Shown here one piece after another: positions 1 through 7,896 of a stretch of DNA of 64,000 nt; position 1 is the stretch's first letter; every line of letters begins with the position of its first letter. This stretch comes from Gammaproteobacteria bacterium. GTDB lineage: Bacteria > Pseudomonadota > Gammaproteobacteria > Pseudomonadales > JAUIET01. The notes under the pieces were generated by a model, which did not search any database, had not been told where the DNA came from, and saw only the letters and a list, made by a program, of their open reading frames with translations. The translations under genes and the position numbers were made by a program. The DNA lies in the NCBI GenBank assembly GCA_030431775.1, contig JAUIHW010000001.1, forward strand, positions 70,900 through 134,899, given 5' to 3'.

Positions 1-597
1 GCCGACAATTACTGCATCAGGATCACTAAGGTTGGCAATGTCTGCTATCAGGAGCTCAATCCCTGACCCACGCGCAGCCCTTGCAGCGGCAACCGCGGCA
101 GCGGCGGTATCGATAAAAGGTGCGCCGTCGTATTCAATGCCTAGCAATTGGTAGGGCTGGTACGGGTAGTCGTTCAGATGAATGCCGAACATCGCAATCC
201 GTCGACCGGCTGCATGGATAACCACACCGAGATCGTTTGCGGTGTTTTCCGCAATCGGGTACCTGCTTAGAATTGCATTTGCCCATAGGGCTTGGTTCCG
301 TTGTTGCTGCTCGTAAAGGTGGTAGCCCAAAGTCGCGGCAATGTCTGGTGCGCGGCTAGGACCTGACGCAGGACATACAGCCGTGCACGGATCGGATTCG
401 GCCCGCACCTCGCCCAGAGCAATAATGTCGGGATCGATGGCGCGAATAACCGCCACCGTTTCATCGATGGTCTTGCCGTCGTTGACGCCAGCGCCATAGC
501 TGTTGAAGTACATAACAGTCAGGCGCAATGGCGGCCGATCGCCGGTGGCGCCAACACAGCCGCTGAGCAGCGCGAGAATAAGCAAAACTTTGTGCAT
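1..597 (-). CDS. endonuclease/exonuclease/phosphatase (EEP) family lipoprotein, N-terminal 199 codons (C-terminus lies beyond the window start)
   Basis: The gene is absent from the ORF track because it runs off the window edge. My own minus-strand translation from ATG 595-597 stays open to position 1: MHKVLLILALLSGCVGATGDRPPLRLTVMYFNSYGAGVNDGKTIDETVAVIRAIDPDIIALGEV... It has an LLSGC lipobox, and DPDIIALGEV resembles the N-terminal EEP motif. Track ORF 267..497 is an out-of-frame artefact inside it. Confidence 0.55.
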   Translation of the reverse strand, partial: MHKVLLILALLSGCVGATGDRPPLRLTVMYFNSYGAGVNDGKTIDETVAVIRAIDPDIIALGEVRAESDPCTAVCPASGPSRAPDIAATLGYHLYEQQQRNQALWANAILSRYPIAENTANDLGVVIHAAGRRIAMFGIHLNDYPYQPYQLLGIEYDGAPFIDTAAAAVAAARAARGSGIELLIADIANLSDPDAVIVG

Positions 598-622
598 GGT
601 GATGGGCCGACAACCTATTTGC

Positions 623-988
623 TCAAGGCTGGTAAATTGCGTAAACCTTACGAGTGGTTTCCAGTACTTCCCACTCACCCTCGAATCCGGCTGGAATAAC
701 AAAGTTGTCCCCGGCTTCAAGCATCGACTCTTCGCCATTAGCGTGACGCAGGATCGACCGCCCGCCTAATATCTGGCAAAACTCATTTTCGGTATAGCGG
801 ATTTTCCAGCAACCTGGCTCCGCCTCCCAGATGCCTGCAAAGAATTTATCGTCGCTGCTGCTGAAGTGATTCCAGCTGCGTTGCATTGGCAGACCTGAAA
901 CGCATTTTTCGGCCGGGGTCGGGTTTTCGCTGAACTCAGCCTGGTTGTGCTCGAAGAAAACCGGTCTCGTATTATTTGGCTCTGTCAT
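623..988 (-). CDS. small cupin-fold protein (DUF861/EutQ-like cupin)
   Basis: This is track ORF 623..1120. Its first 44 codons are Arg-rich and not coding-like, so I moved the start to ATG 986-988 (MTEPNNTRPVFFEH...). The C-terminal half (ILGGRSILRHANGEESMLEAGDNFVIPAGFEGEWEVLETTRKVYAIY) looks like a single cupin barrel. It lies 26 nt upstream of the EEP gene on the same strand. Confidence 0.6.
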   Translation of the reverse strand: MTEPNNTRPVFFEHNQAEFSENPTPAEKCVSGLPMQRSWNHFSSSDDKFFAGIWEAEPGCWKIRYTENEFCQILGGRSILRHANGEESMLEAGDNFVIPAGFEGEWEVLETTRKVYAIYQP

Positions 989-1534
989 GCCTGCTGGTAC
1001 CTGGTGCCTGTCACTTTGAAGAGTATACCAGCGGCGTCTGAATAAGCGGCAACTGGGTCGACCAATGTAGTTCCAAACAGATTGAATCTTGGTCGGGAGA
1101 AGTCGGCGCTTCGACACCATTCGCGGAATGTCAGAACAGTTGCGTGTGCCGTAGCAATGCGGATCGGAAGAACAGGAAGTTCACCGTGACGTATGAGAAG
1201 CTACGAAAACGATGGAGGATGTGGCCCTCGGGAGTCTACCTGCAGGGGCCGGCTCCAAACCACCTTTAAGCGGCATTGGCTGAAGACCGTTGTCGTGAGC
1301 GTTAAAGGAAAAAGCGCATCCATGAGGTGCGTCAGGTACGAATCGAGAAGACGAGTACAAGCGAACCACCGTTTAGATCAGTGTGTCAGAGAAATCCCAC
1401 AAGAAAAGATTCAGCACTGTGGCTTGAGGCCATTCAGGGGGGCACTGAGCCATCCACACAAAGTGTCCGGTATTGCTTTAGCTGTAGTTGAAATGGACAA
1501 CAACACTAGCATTGCCATCGAGGTAAGTATTCTC

Positions 1535-2209
1535 TTAATCGCTAACATCATCCTCTCCTTTGCTTGCTTTAGTATCGTAAACTAGGCCAGGACCGCCATC
1601 GATCCGAGGATCGTCCTCACCAGGAATCTCCTCTACAGATTTCTCAGTGCTTTGTTTGTAGGCATCTGATGCTAGTGTCATTAGCACTCGAACACCATCG
1701 GGGTCTTGCGTCGCTAACGTGACAAAATCAGTTTCACTGAAGGAAGCACTCGTCATCTCCCTTGCTCTTTCCGCTGCCAAGAGGTTTTGTCCTTCTTCGG
1801 AGAGACGGCCAATAAGTTCGTTATAAAACTGCGTGATTGCCGCTCTCTCAGCGCGCACAGCATCGTGCCAAATCTGCGCCATTTCAATCGGGCTACCATC
1901 CTCCACCGAAGCTTTTTCCCGCAGCTGCATCATCATGGGCTCCATTGCCTTGATAATTCCAGTGGGTTTGCCCGCATTCTTAATCGTTTCTACATCTTTA
2001 TCGGGTAGCCCGTAGGTCTTACCCAATTGAACATATCTGACCAAGCGCCGGTTAATGAAGGTTTCCCCATAGGGATCTTCGTTTGCTTTGATTGTCGATG
2101 TGTTTTCAGCTAGAAGCCGGTTTAATCGATCATTTTCTTCGGTTCCAGCGCCTGCCATCCCACCTATTCCAAGTAAAGTAAATAGAATAAAAAAGCGTAA
2201 TAGAATCAT
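1535..2209 (-). CDS. hypothetical secreted protein (no family recognised)
   Basis: This is track ORF 1535..2257. I moved the start to ATG 2207-2209, which is preceded by GGAGG (CAGGAGGTTAATATG on the minus strand). MILLRFFILFTLLGIGGMAGAG looks like a signal peptide, and the remainder is acidic. The gene and its upstream region are visibly AT-richer than their neighbours. Confidence 0.55.
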   Translation of the reverse strand: MILLRFFILFTLLGIGGMAGAGTEENDRLNRLLAENTSTIKANEDPYGETFINRRLVRYVQLGKTYGLPDKDVETIKNAGKPTGIIKAMEPMMMQLREKASVEDGSPIEMAQIWHDAVRAERAAITQFYNELIGRLSEEGQNLLAAERAREMTSASFSETDFVTLATQDPDGVRVLMTLASDAYKQSTEKSVEEIPGEDDPRIDGGPGLVYDTKASKGEDDVSD

Positions 2210-2491
2210 ATTAACCTCCTGTAGATATTTATATATTCTATTAAAGCTGCAATCCACTGCTCATTTGAGTAAAGATACGAAAAGAACTTCAATTTGAAGC
2301 AAGCTTACCGATATAGTTATGTTTTAATCAATATGGCTATTAGATTAAAATGAAATAACACTTTTTATTGTTATGACGGACCATTCTAAGGTTGTTAGTA
2401 GGTGAACGAATTGGCGGTTTTGTCGGGAACTGGCCTACTTTCAGCATCGATCTATACTCAGTTATCCAAATCAACCATATTCGGATAATCA

Positions 2492-2611
2492 ATGATCAGT
2501 TTCAAAGGCCGTCATCACCAGCAGGATACCATTTTGCAGTGCGTGCGGTGGTATGTGGCCTACTCACTGAGCTATCGTGACCTTGAAGAAGTGATGCAAG
2601 AGTGTGGCTAC
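2492..2611 (+). pseudogene. IS6-family (IS26-like) transposase, N-terminal ~40-codon fragment
   Basis: My own translation from ATG 2492 gives MISFKGRHHQQDTILQCVRWYVAYSLSYRDLEEVMQECGY. This closely parallels the IS26-type N-terminus FKGRHFQRDIILWAVRWYCKYGISYRELQEMLAERGV (from memory). The frame then diverges and stops at 2636-2638. Confidence 0.65.
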
Positions 2612-2945
2612 GCCCGGTGTATCGGCCAAAGCGCATGAAAGTCAAAAGCTGGAAAGACTGTGCCGATATATTACCCGACCGGCGGTTTCTGAAAAACGAT
2701 TGTATCTGACATCAGGTGGCAACATTCGTTACCAGCTCAAGACACCGTATCGCGACGGTACCACGCATGTGATTTTCGAACCCTTGGATTTCATACCCAA
2801 AGCATTCGCTGACGCGGGGCAAGCTTTTGCCTGTATCGAAGATCCGGTGGTGATCAAGAAGATACTGGACCATATCGGGCAAAAGGAACAGGCAGAGCAG
2901 TATAGTTCATTTACAATCTCATTGCCTGAAAAATTGAGAAAGTAG
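2604..2945 (+). pseudogene. IS91-family (rolling-circle, Y2) transposase, C-terminal fragment with internal deletion
   Basis: The track ORF contains LERLCRYITRPAVSEKRLYLTSGGNIRYQLKTPYRDGTTHVIFEPLDFI, the conserved IS91/IS801 C-terminal block. It then jumps directly to ...ACIEDPVVIKKILDHIG, the extreme C-terminal block. The catalytic N-terminal two thirds are absent. Confidence 0.65.
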
Positions 2946-3177
2946 TTCCTCGCCGGATAAGACGTTTTGACTGGGCTTAAAGTGGCGCTAAAGGTGACGG
3001 TTAGTTTGAAATCGCACAAATATCGGCGACAACCAAGCCCGTTCTTCGTCGGACGCTAAGCAGTTGCCAAATACTATGCAGTGTTCCGGCGCATGATACT
3101 GACGAACTGTTTGCCCGAACGCATCTCGCATGGATGCAATCGGGTCTCCTTTAGACAAGACAGCCCACACATTATTC

Positions 3178-3696
3178 TCAAGGAGAAGCAACAACCGCCT
3201 TTAGCCGAGCTTGCCCGGAATCGGACACGGCAAGCTGTGCAATAGCTGCTTCCCTAAGTTGTTTCTCCAGCGCCAGAGCTTTCTCCTTCGGTGCAAAAAA
3301 CGCCTCTATTCCATAGCGCACCCGATACGCTTCGCTGTCTTCTTCGTACACCCGGCTTTGCACCCTGCCGCGCAGGTAAGGGCCGTTGGCCGGCGGGGTA
3401 AGGCTGGCGCCAGCGTACTCGTGCAGGCCGTCGCGTTCACGAAGCAGCACATAAACCACCTCGCCATTACGCAATGGCTCGCTGCCGGCAAATTCCTGGC
3501 TGTCTATTCGCGAAAAAGCGTAGCGCAGGCGCGCGTAGTTGCCACGAAACAGTGAGCGAGGGTCCACCGGCTCGGTGCGTACGTTCAGGTCGGAGCCAGT
3601 CCATAGTGGCAGGGCGGCAACGGCTACCATACCGGTCAGAATCAGGCACTGGAAAACAATGGCTGCGGTGAACAGTGCTGCACTCTGGCGTTTCAT
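3178..3696 (-). CDS. GDYXXLXY domain-containing protein
   Basis: This is track ORF 3178..3891. I moved the start to ATG 3694-3696 (MKRQSAALFTAAIVFQCLILTGMVAVAALPLW, a signal or TM anchor), which overlaps the upstream stop as ATGA. It has the motif variant RGNYARLRY followed by GIEAFFAPKEKA, typical of the family. Confidence 0.7.
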   Translation of the reverse strand: MKRQSAALFTAAIVFQCLILTGMVAVAALPLWTGSDLNVRTEPVDPRSLFRGNYARLRYAFSRIDSQEFAGSEPLRNGEVVYVLLRERDGLHEYAGASLTPPANGPYLRGRVQSRVYEEDSEAYRVRYGIEAFFAPKEKALALEKQLREAAIAQLAVSDSGQARLKAVVASP

Positions 3697-5000
3697 ACGT
3701 GGTCTTCCGTTTGCTGCTGGCGTTGCCAGAACTTGGCTGCCGCTAGCAGCAATGCAGCGAACAGCAGGAATAACAGGGTGCCGCCTATATAGTCGCCGAT
3801 CAGGTCCATGTAGCGCAGCATGGCAACCAGCAGCAGTGTGGCTACGCCCAGAAAGAAGTAGTGCGAGATGCCCGCGGTCAGACCTCGCCACAACAGGTAA
3901 ATACCGGTAGTCACGGCAACGATGTTGGCAAGCACCTGAAAAAAGACTGCATGATTCTTATCAGCGCTCAGTATCAGCGCGGTCAGCGTGCCCAGGAACA
4001 ACACAAGCCAGTAGATCAGCGGTACAAATCGGCCACTCAATACCGCCAGGCCGAGCGCTCCAGCAAGTAACGCGGCCACAATAAGCGACAGTGACATCAA
4101 GTGGTTCCAGGGCGCTTCCAGAAGCGCTTCCCAAGGTGATGCAAAGCTCATGACCAGCAGGAACAACAGGGCAAAACGCAAGCTCCACAGCTTAAGTATG
4201 GCAGCGTAGTCGCGAGCCAGCAGTGCCGGGCGCTGTGCCAGCCAATCGCTGAAGGCCTGCAGCAGTATGAACAGAGCGAGGCTGGCACCGACATGCTCGG
4301 CCTGAAAGCGGTAGTGGCGCTGTTCGCGCCACAGTTCGGCCAGAGTGTACTCAAAATAGAGCGCAATACCGGCAACGCACGCCAGCAGTAACAATACATT
4401 GGCCGGGCCGCGCAGCAGTGCGTACGCAGAGGCCGCCACAAACAACGGAAACAAGGCTGGGTAGAAACCCATACCGCTTTCAATGAGGAACCAGATGAGA
4501 GCCAGCACCATGGCCTGCAAGGTCAGCCAGGGATGCAGCGTTAGAAGAGCAAACGGCAGGCTGCCAAGCGCCCACCAGAATACTCCGTCAGGCATGTGTT
4601 CACCCAGGTGGTAAATTTGGGCAATCAAAATGATAGCAGCGCCGAACAGCAGATTGCCGAGAAAGAACACGGTGGCCGCGCCGTCGGGATCACCGCGTAA
4701 ATACTTGCGCAGCCCAAATGCCTGCACAACGACAGTCAGTATCACCAGGCCACCCATGCGCAGACCGCGCGGAATGTTTTCCCAGTTGGCCCCCAGCAAG
4801 GTGATCACCGCCAGGCCAACAAAAAGGTAGGCCAGTGTGACCAGCACGTTATAGCCCAGCGACCGATTGCGCACCTGGTGGAAATCCACGCCGTAGTGGG
4901 CACAGATTTGTTCGGCCTGGCCCTGGTCGATAATACCCTGCGCTACCCAGTCGTCGGTTTCTCTGGCCAGGTCATTTTTTAACAGTCGAATCAGGCGCAT
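3693..5000 (-). CDS. DUF2157-type polytopic membrane protein (DUF2157 N-terminus plus long multi-TM region)
   Basis: 435 aa. The N-terminus LARETDDWVAQGIIDQGQAEQICAHYGV is followed by about 11 hydrophobic segments. DUF2157 proteins are habitually paired with GDYXXLXY proteins. Confidence 0.7.
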   Translation of the reverse strand: MRLIRLLKNDLARETDDWVAQGIIDQGQAEQICAHYGVDFHQVRNRSLGYNVLVTLAYLFVGLAVITLLGANWENIPRGLRMGGLVILTVVVQAFGLRKYLRGDPDGAATVFFLGNLLFGAAIILIAQIYHLGEHMPDGVFWWALGSLPFALLTLHPWLTLQAMVLALIWFLIESGMGFYPALFPLFVAASAYALLRGPANVLLLLACVAGIALYFEYTLAELWREQRHYRFQAEHVGASLALFILLQAFSDWLAQRPALLARDYAAILKLWSLRFALLFLLVMSFASPWEALLEAPWNHLMSLSLIVAALLAGALGLAVLSGRFVPLIYWLVLFLGTLTALILSADKNHAVFFQVLANIVAVTTGIYLLWRGLTAGISHYFFLGVATLLLVAMLRYMDLIGDYIGGTLLFLLFAALLLAAAKFWQRQQQTEDHV

Positions 5001-5014
5001 GATGGTGGTCGGAA

Positions 5015-5764
5015 TCAGGCCGCGTAGGTGTCTTCCAGATAACGCACGATATCACTGGACTCGAACATCTCTTCGCCGGTGTTCGGGTCAATCAGGTAGG
5101 GGATGGCCACCTTACCGGTGCGTTCCAGCAGTTCCCGGCGGTTGGCTACCTCGGGGCTTGCCTCAACACCCAAGCGCTCTCGCAAATCCTGCGGTACCCA
5201 GTCCTGCCACTGGCTGCGGCCACTATTGCGCAAAATGTAGGGAATTTCCAGTTCGGTGAGTTTTTCACGTACCAGTCTGGCGAACGGACTGCTTTCAAAA
5301 CTGTACAGCACCAGGGGCTCTTCAGGCAGGATGGCGGCCCGCAGGCGGTGGCCCTGGCCGGGTCGCAAGGCTGACGCCAGGCTGGAGCCCAGTTTTTGCA
5401 GTGTGCTGGCCTGCCATTTCAGTGGCACCGGGCGCTCGGCATAAGTTTCAAAGAGATAGCTGATGATGTCGGCCGATTCGTACATTTGTACGCCGGTGTT
5501 TGGGTCCACCAGGTAGGGGAACTGCGCCTTGCCGCCCATTTCCACCACTTTTGGCCGGAAGCGTTGGCCATTTTTGGGGCAGGGGTAGATCAGGGCGTCC
5601 AAATTCAGCTCGGTCAGAGCTTCACGCGCGATTCGACAGAAGGGACAACCTTCCATGTCATACAGTTCCAGCAACTGCTCCGGCTGCCTGACGCCGGGCT
5701 GAGTGCTGATGCCCACACCGGGGCGCACAAAAGTGGCCAGTAAGGAAGGAAGTACATTCAACAT
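5015..5764 (-). CDS. tandem glutaredoxin/GST-N-like thioredoxin-fold protein
   Basis: There are two repeats of the same about 80-aa module. Repeat 1 is LELYDMEGCPFCRIAREALTEL...FPYLVDPNTGVQMYESADIISYL. Repeat 2 is LVLYSFESSPFARLVREKLTEL...IPYLIDPNTGEEMFESSDIVRYL. Confidence 0.75.
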   Translation of the reverse strand: MLNVLPSLLATFVRPGVGISTQPGVRQPEQLLELYDMEGCPFCRIAREALTELNLDALIYPCPKNGQRFRPKVVEMGGKAQFPYLVDPNTGVQMYESADIISYLFETYAERPVPLKWQASTLQKLGSSLASALRPGQGHRLRAAILPEEPLVLYSFESSPFARLVREKLTELEIPYILRNSGRSQWQDWVPQDLRERLGVEASPEVANRRELLERTGKVAIPYLIDPNTGEEMFESSDIVRYLEDTYAA

Positions 5765-5879
5765 GTCGGGTATCCCTGGTTTGCTTGCCGAAACTGACGC
5801 ACCGTGAGCACGCCAGGATCACATCATGCCTGAATATTGGCATAATGTGCGCTTTGGCGCCATGTGAAGGAGTAGAGCA

Positions 5880-6215
5880 GTGCAAATCCAGCAGCTAGAT
5901 GAGCAAGTGAGCGTTTCCGAGCAAATCACCACCACGGATATCCCGGGGCTGGTCGAAGATGGGGTGGTTGTGCTGGTCTGCAACCGGCCGGATGGCGAAG
6001 CTTTTGATCAAACACCGTTTGCCGAAATCCAGGCAGCAGCACTGGAGCAGGGCCTCGAAGTGCACAATATCCCTTTTCCTGGTGACGCCATGACGAGCGA
6101 GCACGCCCGACAGTTTGCCGAGCTGATGGCCACCGGCAAGCGTATTCATGCCTACTGCCGCTCCGGCACCCGTTCCGGCAACCTTTGGGCCTCTGCCAAA
6201 CAGCTGTCTAGCTAA
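5880..6215 (+). CDS. DUF442 / TIGR01244-type phosphatase-like (sulfur-transferase) domain protein
   Basis: The GTG start has AAGGAG 7 nt upstream. It carries the P-loop-like HAYCRSGTRS near the C-terminus and a VLVCNRPDGE block. Confidence 0.65.
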   Translation: MQIQQLDEQVSVSEQITTTDIPGLVEDGVVVLVCNRPDGEAFDQTPFAEIQAAALEQGLEVHNIPFPGDAMTSEHARQFAELMATGKRIHAYCRSGTRSGNLWASAKQLSS

Positions 6216-6224
6216 GCCCTGAGC

Positions 6225-7826
6225 ATGCGCTTGGCGGCCAGCCGTGCGTTGGCGATTTGCGGGCTGCTGCAGATTCTGCTGGCTCCGCTTGTTCTGGCCG
6301 CCTGCCGCGGCACGGTTGACCCGGCTATTCGGGTAAGCGGTTGGGGTATTAACACCCACAACCATCGTTTTATAACGGCTGCGGCGGCGGGTATCACCGC
6401 CGGCACAGTTACTGAGTTGCGCCTGAAGTGGGCCTTCGCGCTCCCGGGTACCGAGGCGCCCCGATTTCTGCCCCTACTCACCGCCAATACCGTGGTGGTA
6501 GCCGATGACAGTGAGGCCGTGTACGCCCTGGACCGCGAGACCGGCTGTATACGCTGGCAATATGAGGTGGGTAGTATGGTGCGTACGGCCTTGCAGGCAG
6601 TGACTGTGGCGGGTCGTACCTTGCTGACTTTAGGCACCATCGAAGCCGATGTTATTGCGCTTGACCTGGCTACGGGTGAACGGGTTTGGCAGCAACGTGT
6701 CAGCGAGCACCCGCAAGCCATGGTCTCCGGTTCGCACGCACAAGCCGGAGACTTGCTGATTCAACCGGTCTCGTCCTGGGAAGTGGCCTGGGCGGCCAAT
6801 CCTTTTCATGATTGTTGTGATTTTCGTGGGCCGATCGTGGCGCTGAACGCTACTAACGGAAAAATACAATGGCGTGCATATACCATTCAGCAGCGGGCCG
6901 AAGTGCAACAAAAGCGCTGGTTGCTGGGGGACCACCAGGGCCCGTCCGGTGCGCCAGTGTGGTCACAGCCGACTGTGGACAGCAAACGTGGGCGCTGGTA
7001 TGTGGGCACCGGAGAAAACTACTCGCTACCTGCAACGGGCACCAGCGACGCCATACTGGCGTACTCAACAAGCTCTGGGGAGTTGCTGTGGGCCCAGCAG
7101 CTGCTCGCTGACGATGTGTGGAATGTGTCCTGCGAGTTACCCTTTGCGATCAACTGCCCACAGCAGACTCCCGGGCCCGATTACGATTTTGGAGCGCCGC
7201 CGATACTGGTCAATGCCAGTGGTCGTGATCTGCTGCTTGCCGGCCAGAAAAGCGGCGCTGTATTTGCGTTGGACCCCGACCGGAAAGGACGGATTGTCTG
7301 GCGAGCCAAGCCAGGCGCAGGAGGCAAGGCCGGTGGTGTGCATTTTGCCATGGCGGTTAATCCGGAGCGCGGTGAGCTGTACGTACCCATCAGTGATCGT
7401 GACGTCGGGTTTTTTGGCAGCAACCCGCAAGGCGAGCCCAATCCATCGCTGCACGCGCTGGATATTGCCACTGGCAAAACGCTGTGGCATATCGCCGCGC
7501 CCGGTGATTGTCTGGGCCAGGACAGCGAGCCGATTGACAAGTGCTTTCGCGGTTTTTCCGCTGCGCCAACGGCCACCGATGAGCTGGTGTTCGCACCGAC
7601 ATTGGACGGCGTAATTCGAGCCTTCGATGCGCGCAGCGGTGAGCAGCTTTGGGCGCATGACACACTGCGTGACTACCCGGCAGTAAACGGTGGCAAGGCG
7701 CGCGGAGGCAGCATCGATTACGGCGGGGTATTCCTGGATGCCGGCCAGCTGTTTGTCAGTTCGGGTTATGGAATGGTTGGGCAAATACCGGGCAATGCCT
7801 TTCTGGTTTTTGAGGTGAGTGAATAG
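6225..7826 (+). CDS. PQQ-like beta-propeller repeat protein (exported; no haem c motif)
   Basis: It has a signal or lipobox (LVLAAC) and at least seven A-x-D-x-x-T/S-G-x-x-x-W blades: VYALDRETGCIRW, VIALDLATGERVW, IVALNATNGKIQW, ILAYSTSSGELLW, VFALDPDRKGRIVW, LHALDIATGKTLW and IRAFDARSGEQLW. No CxxCH motif is present. Confidence 0.8.
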   Translation: MRLAASRALAICGLLQILLAPLVLAACRGTVDPAIRVSGWGINTHNHRFITAAAAGITAGTVTELRLKWAFALPGTEAPRFLPLLTANTVVVADDSEAVYALDRETGCIRWQYEVGSMVRTALQAVTVAGRTLLTLGTIEADVIALDLATGERVWQQRVSEHPQAMVSGSHAQAGDLLIQPVSSWEVAWAANPFHDCCDFRGPIVALNATNGKIQWRAYTIQQRAEVQQKRWLLGDHQGPSGAPVWSQPTVDSKRGRWYVGTGENYSLPATGTSDAILAYSTSSGELLWAQQLLADDVWNVSCELPFAINCPQQTPGPDYDFGAPPILVNASGRDLLLAGQKSGAVFALDPDRKGRIVWRAKPGAGGKAGGVHFAMAVNPERGELYVPISDRDVGFFGSNPQGEPNPSLHALDIATGKTLWHIAAPGDCLGQDSEPIDKCFRGFSAAPTATDELVFAPTLDGVIRAFDARSGEQLWAHDTLRDYPAVNGGKARGGSIDYGGVFLDAGQLFVSSGYGMVGQIPGNAFLVFEVSE

Positions 7827-7896
7827 TCGTTAATGCCGCCGCCAGTCGGCAGCGGGTAGACTCCTGCCATGATTAACTGAGAAGTAACACAGAGGC

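Larger units (their letters stand above)
2390..2945 (+). mobile_element. composite insertion-sequence scar: IS6-family 5' end fused to an internally deleted IS91-family transposase 3' part
   Basis: See the two pseudogene fragments below. GGTTGTTAGTAGG at 2390 is a possible IS6-type terminal repeat about 100 nt upstream of the transposase ATG. That boundary is a guess. Confidence 0.55.

Noticed and set aside
267-497. Track ORF of 76 aa on the minus strand.
   Set aside because: It lies out of frame inside the edge-truncated EEP lipoprotein gene (1..597, minus), which has a lipobox, family motifs and an open frame to the window edge. The 76-aa product is Arg/Leu/Pro-rich with no recognisable motif.
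1144-1534. Possible 5' fragment of a group II intron (GTGTG at 1144-1148 followed by purine-rich, stem-rich sequence).
   Set aside because: I could not find a domain V-like hairpin on either strand, and there is no reverse-transcriptase or maturase ORF. My recall of domain I consensus is too vague to support the call. It is kept only as an unexplained non-coding stretch.
1181-1585. Two mutually overlapping track ORFs (1181..1369 minus, 1193..1585 plus).
   Set aside because: Their composition is not coding-like (Arg/Cys/His-rich). They have no ribosome-binding sites and no recognisable domains, and each is antisense to the other.
2988-3194. A 68-aa minus-strand ORF just downstream of the GDYXXLXY gene.
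   Set aside because: It starts with TTG and has no Shine-Dalgarno site. It overlaps the upstream gene by 17 nt, and I recognise no family. It may be the truncated remnant of a gene cut by the IS insertions, but I cannot support it as a functional CDS.
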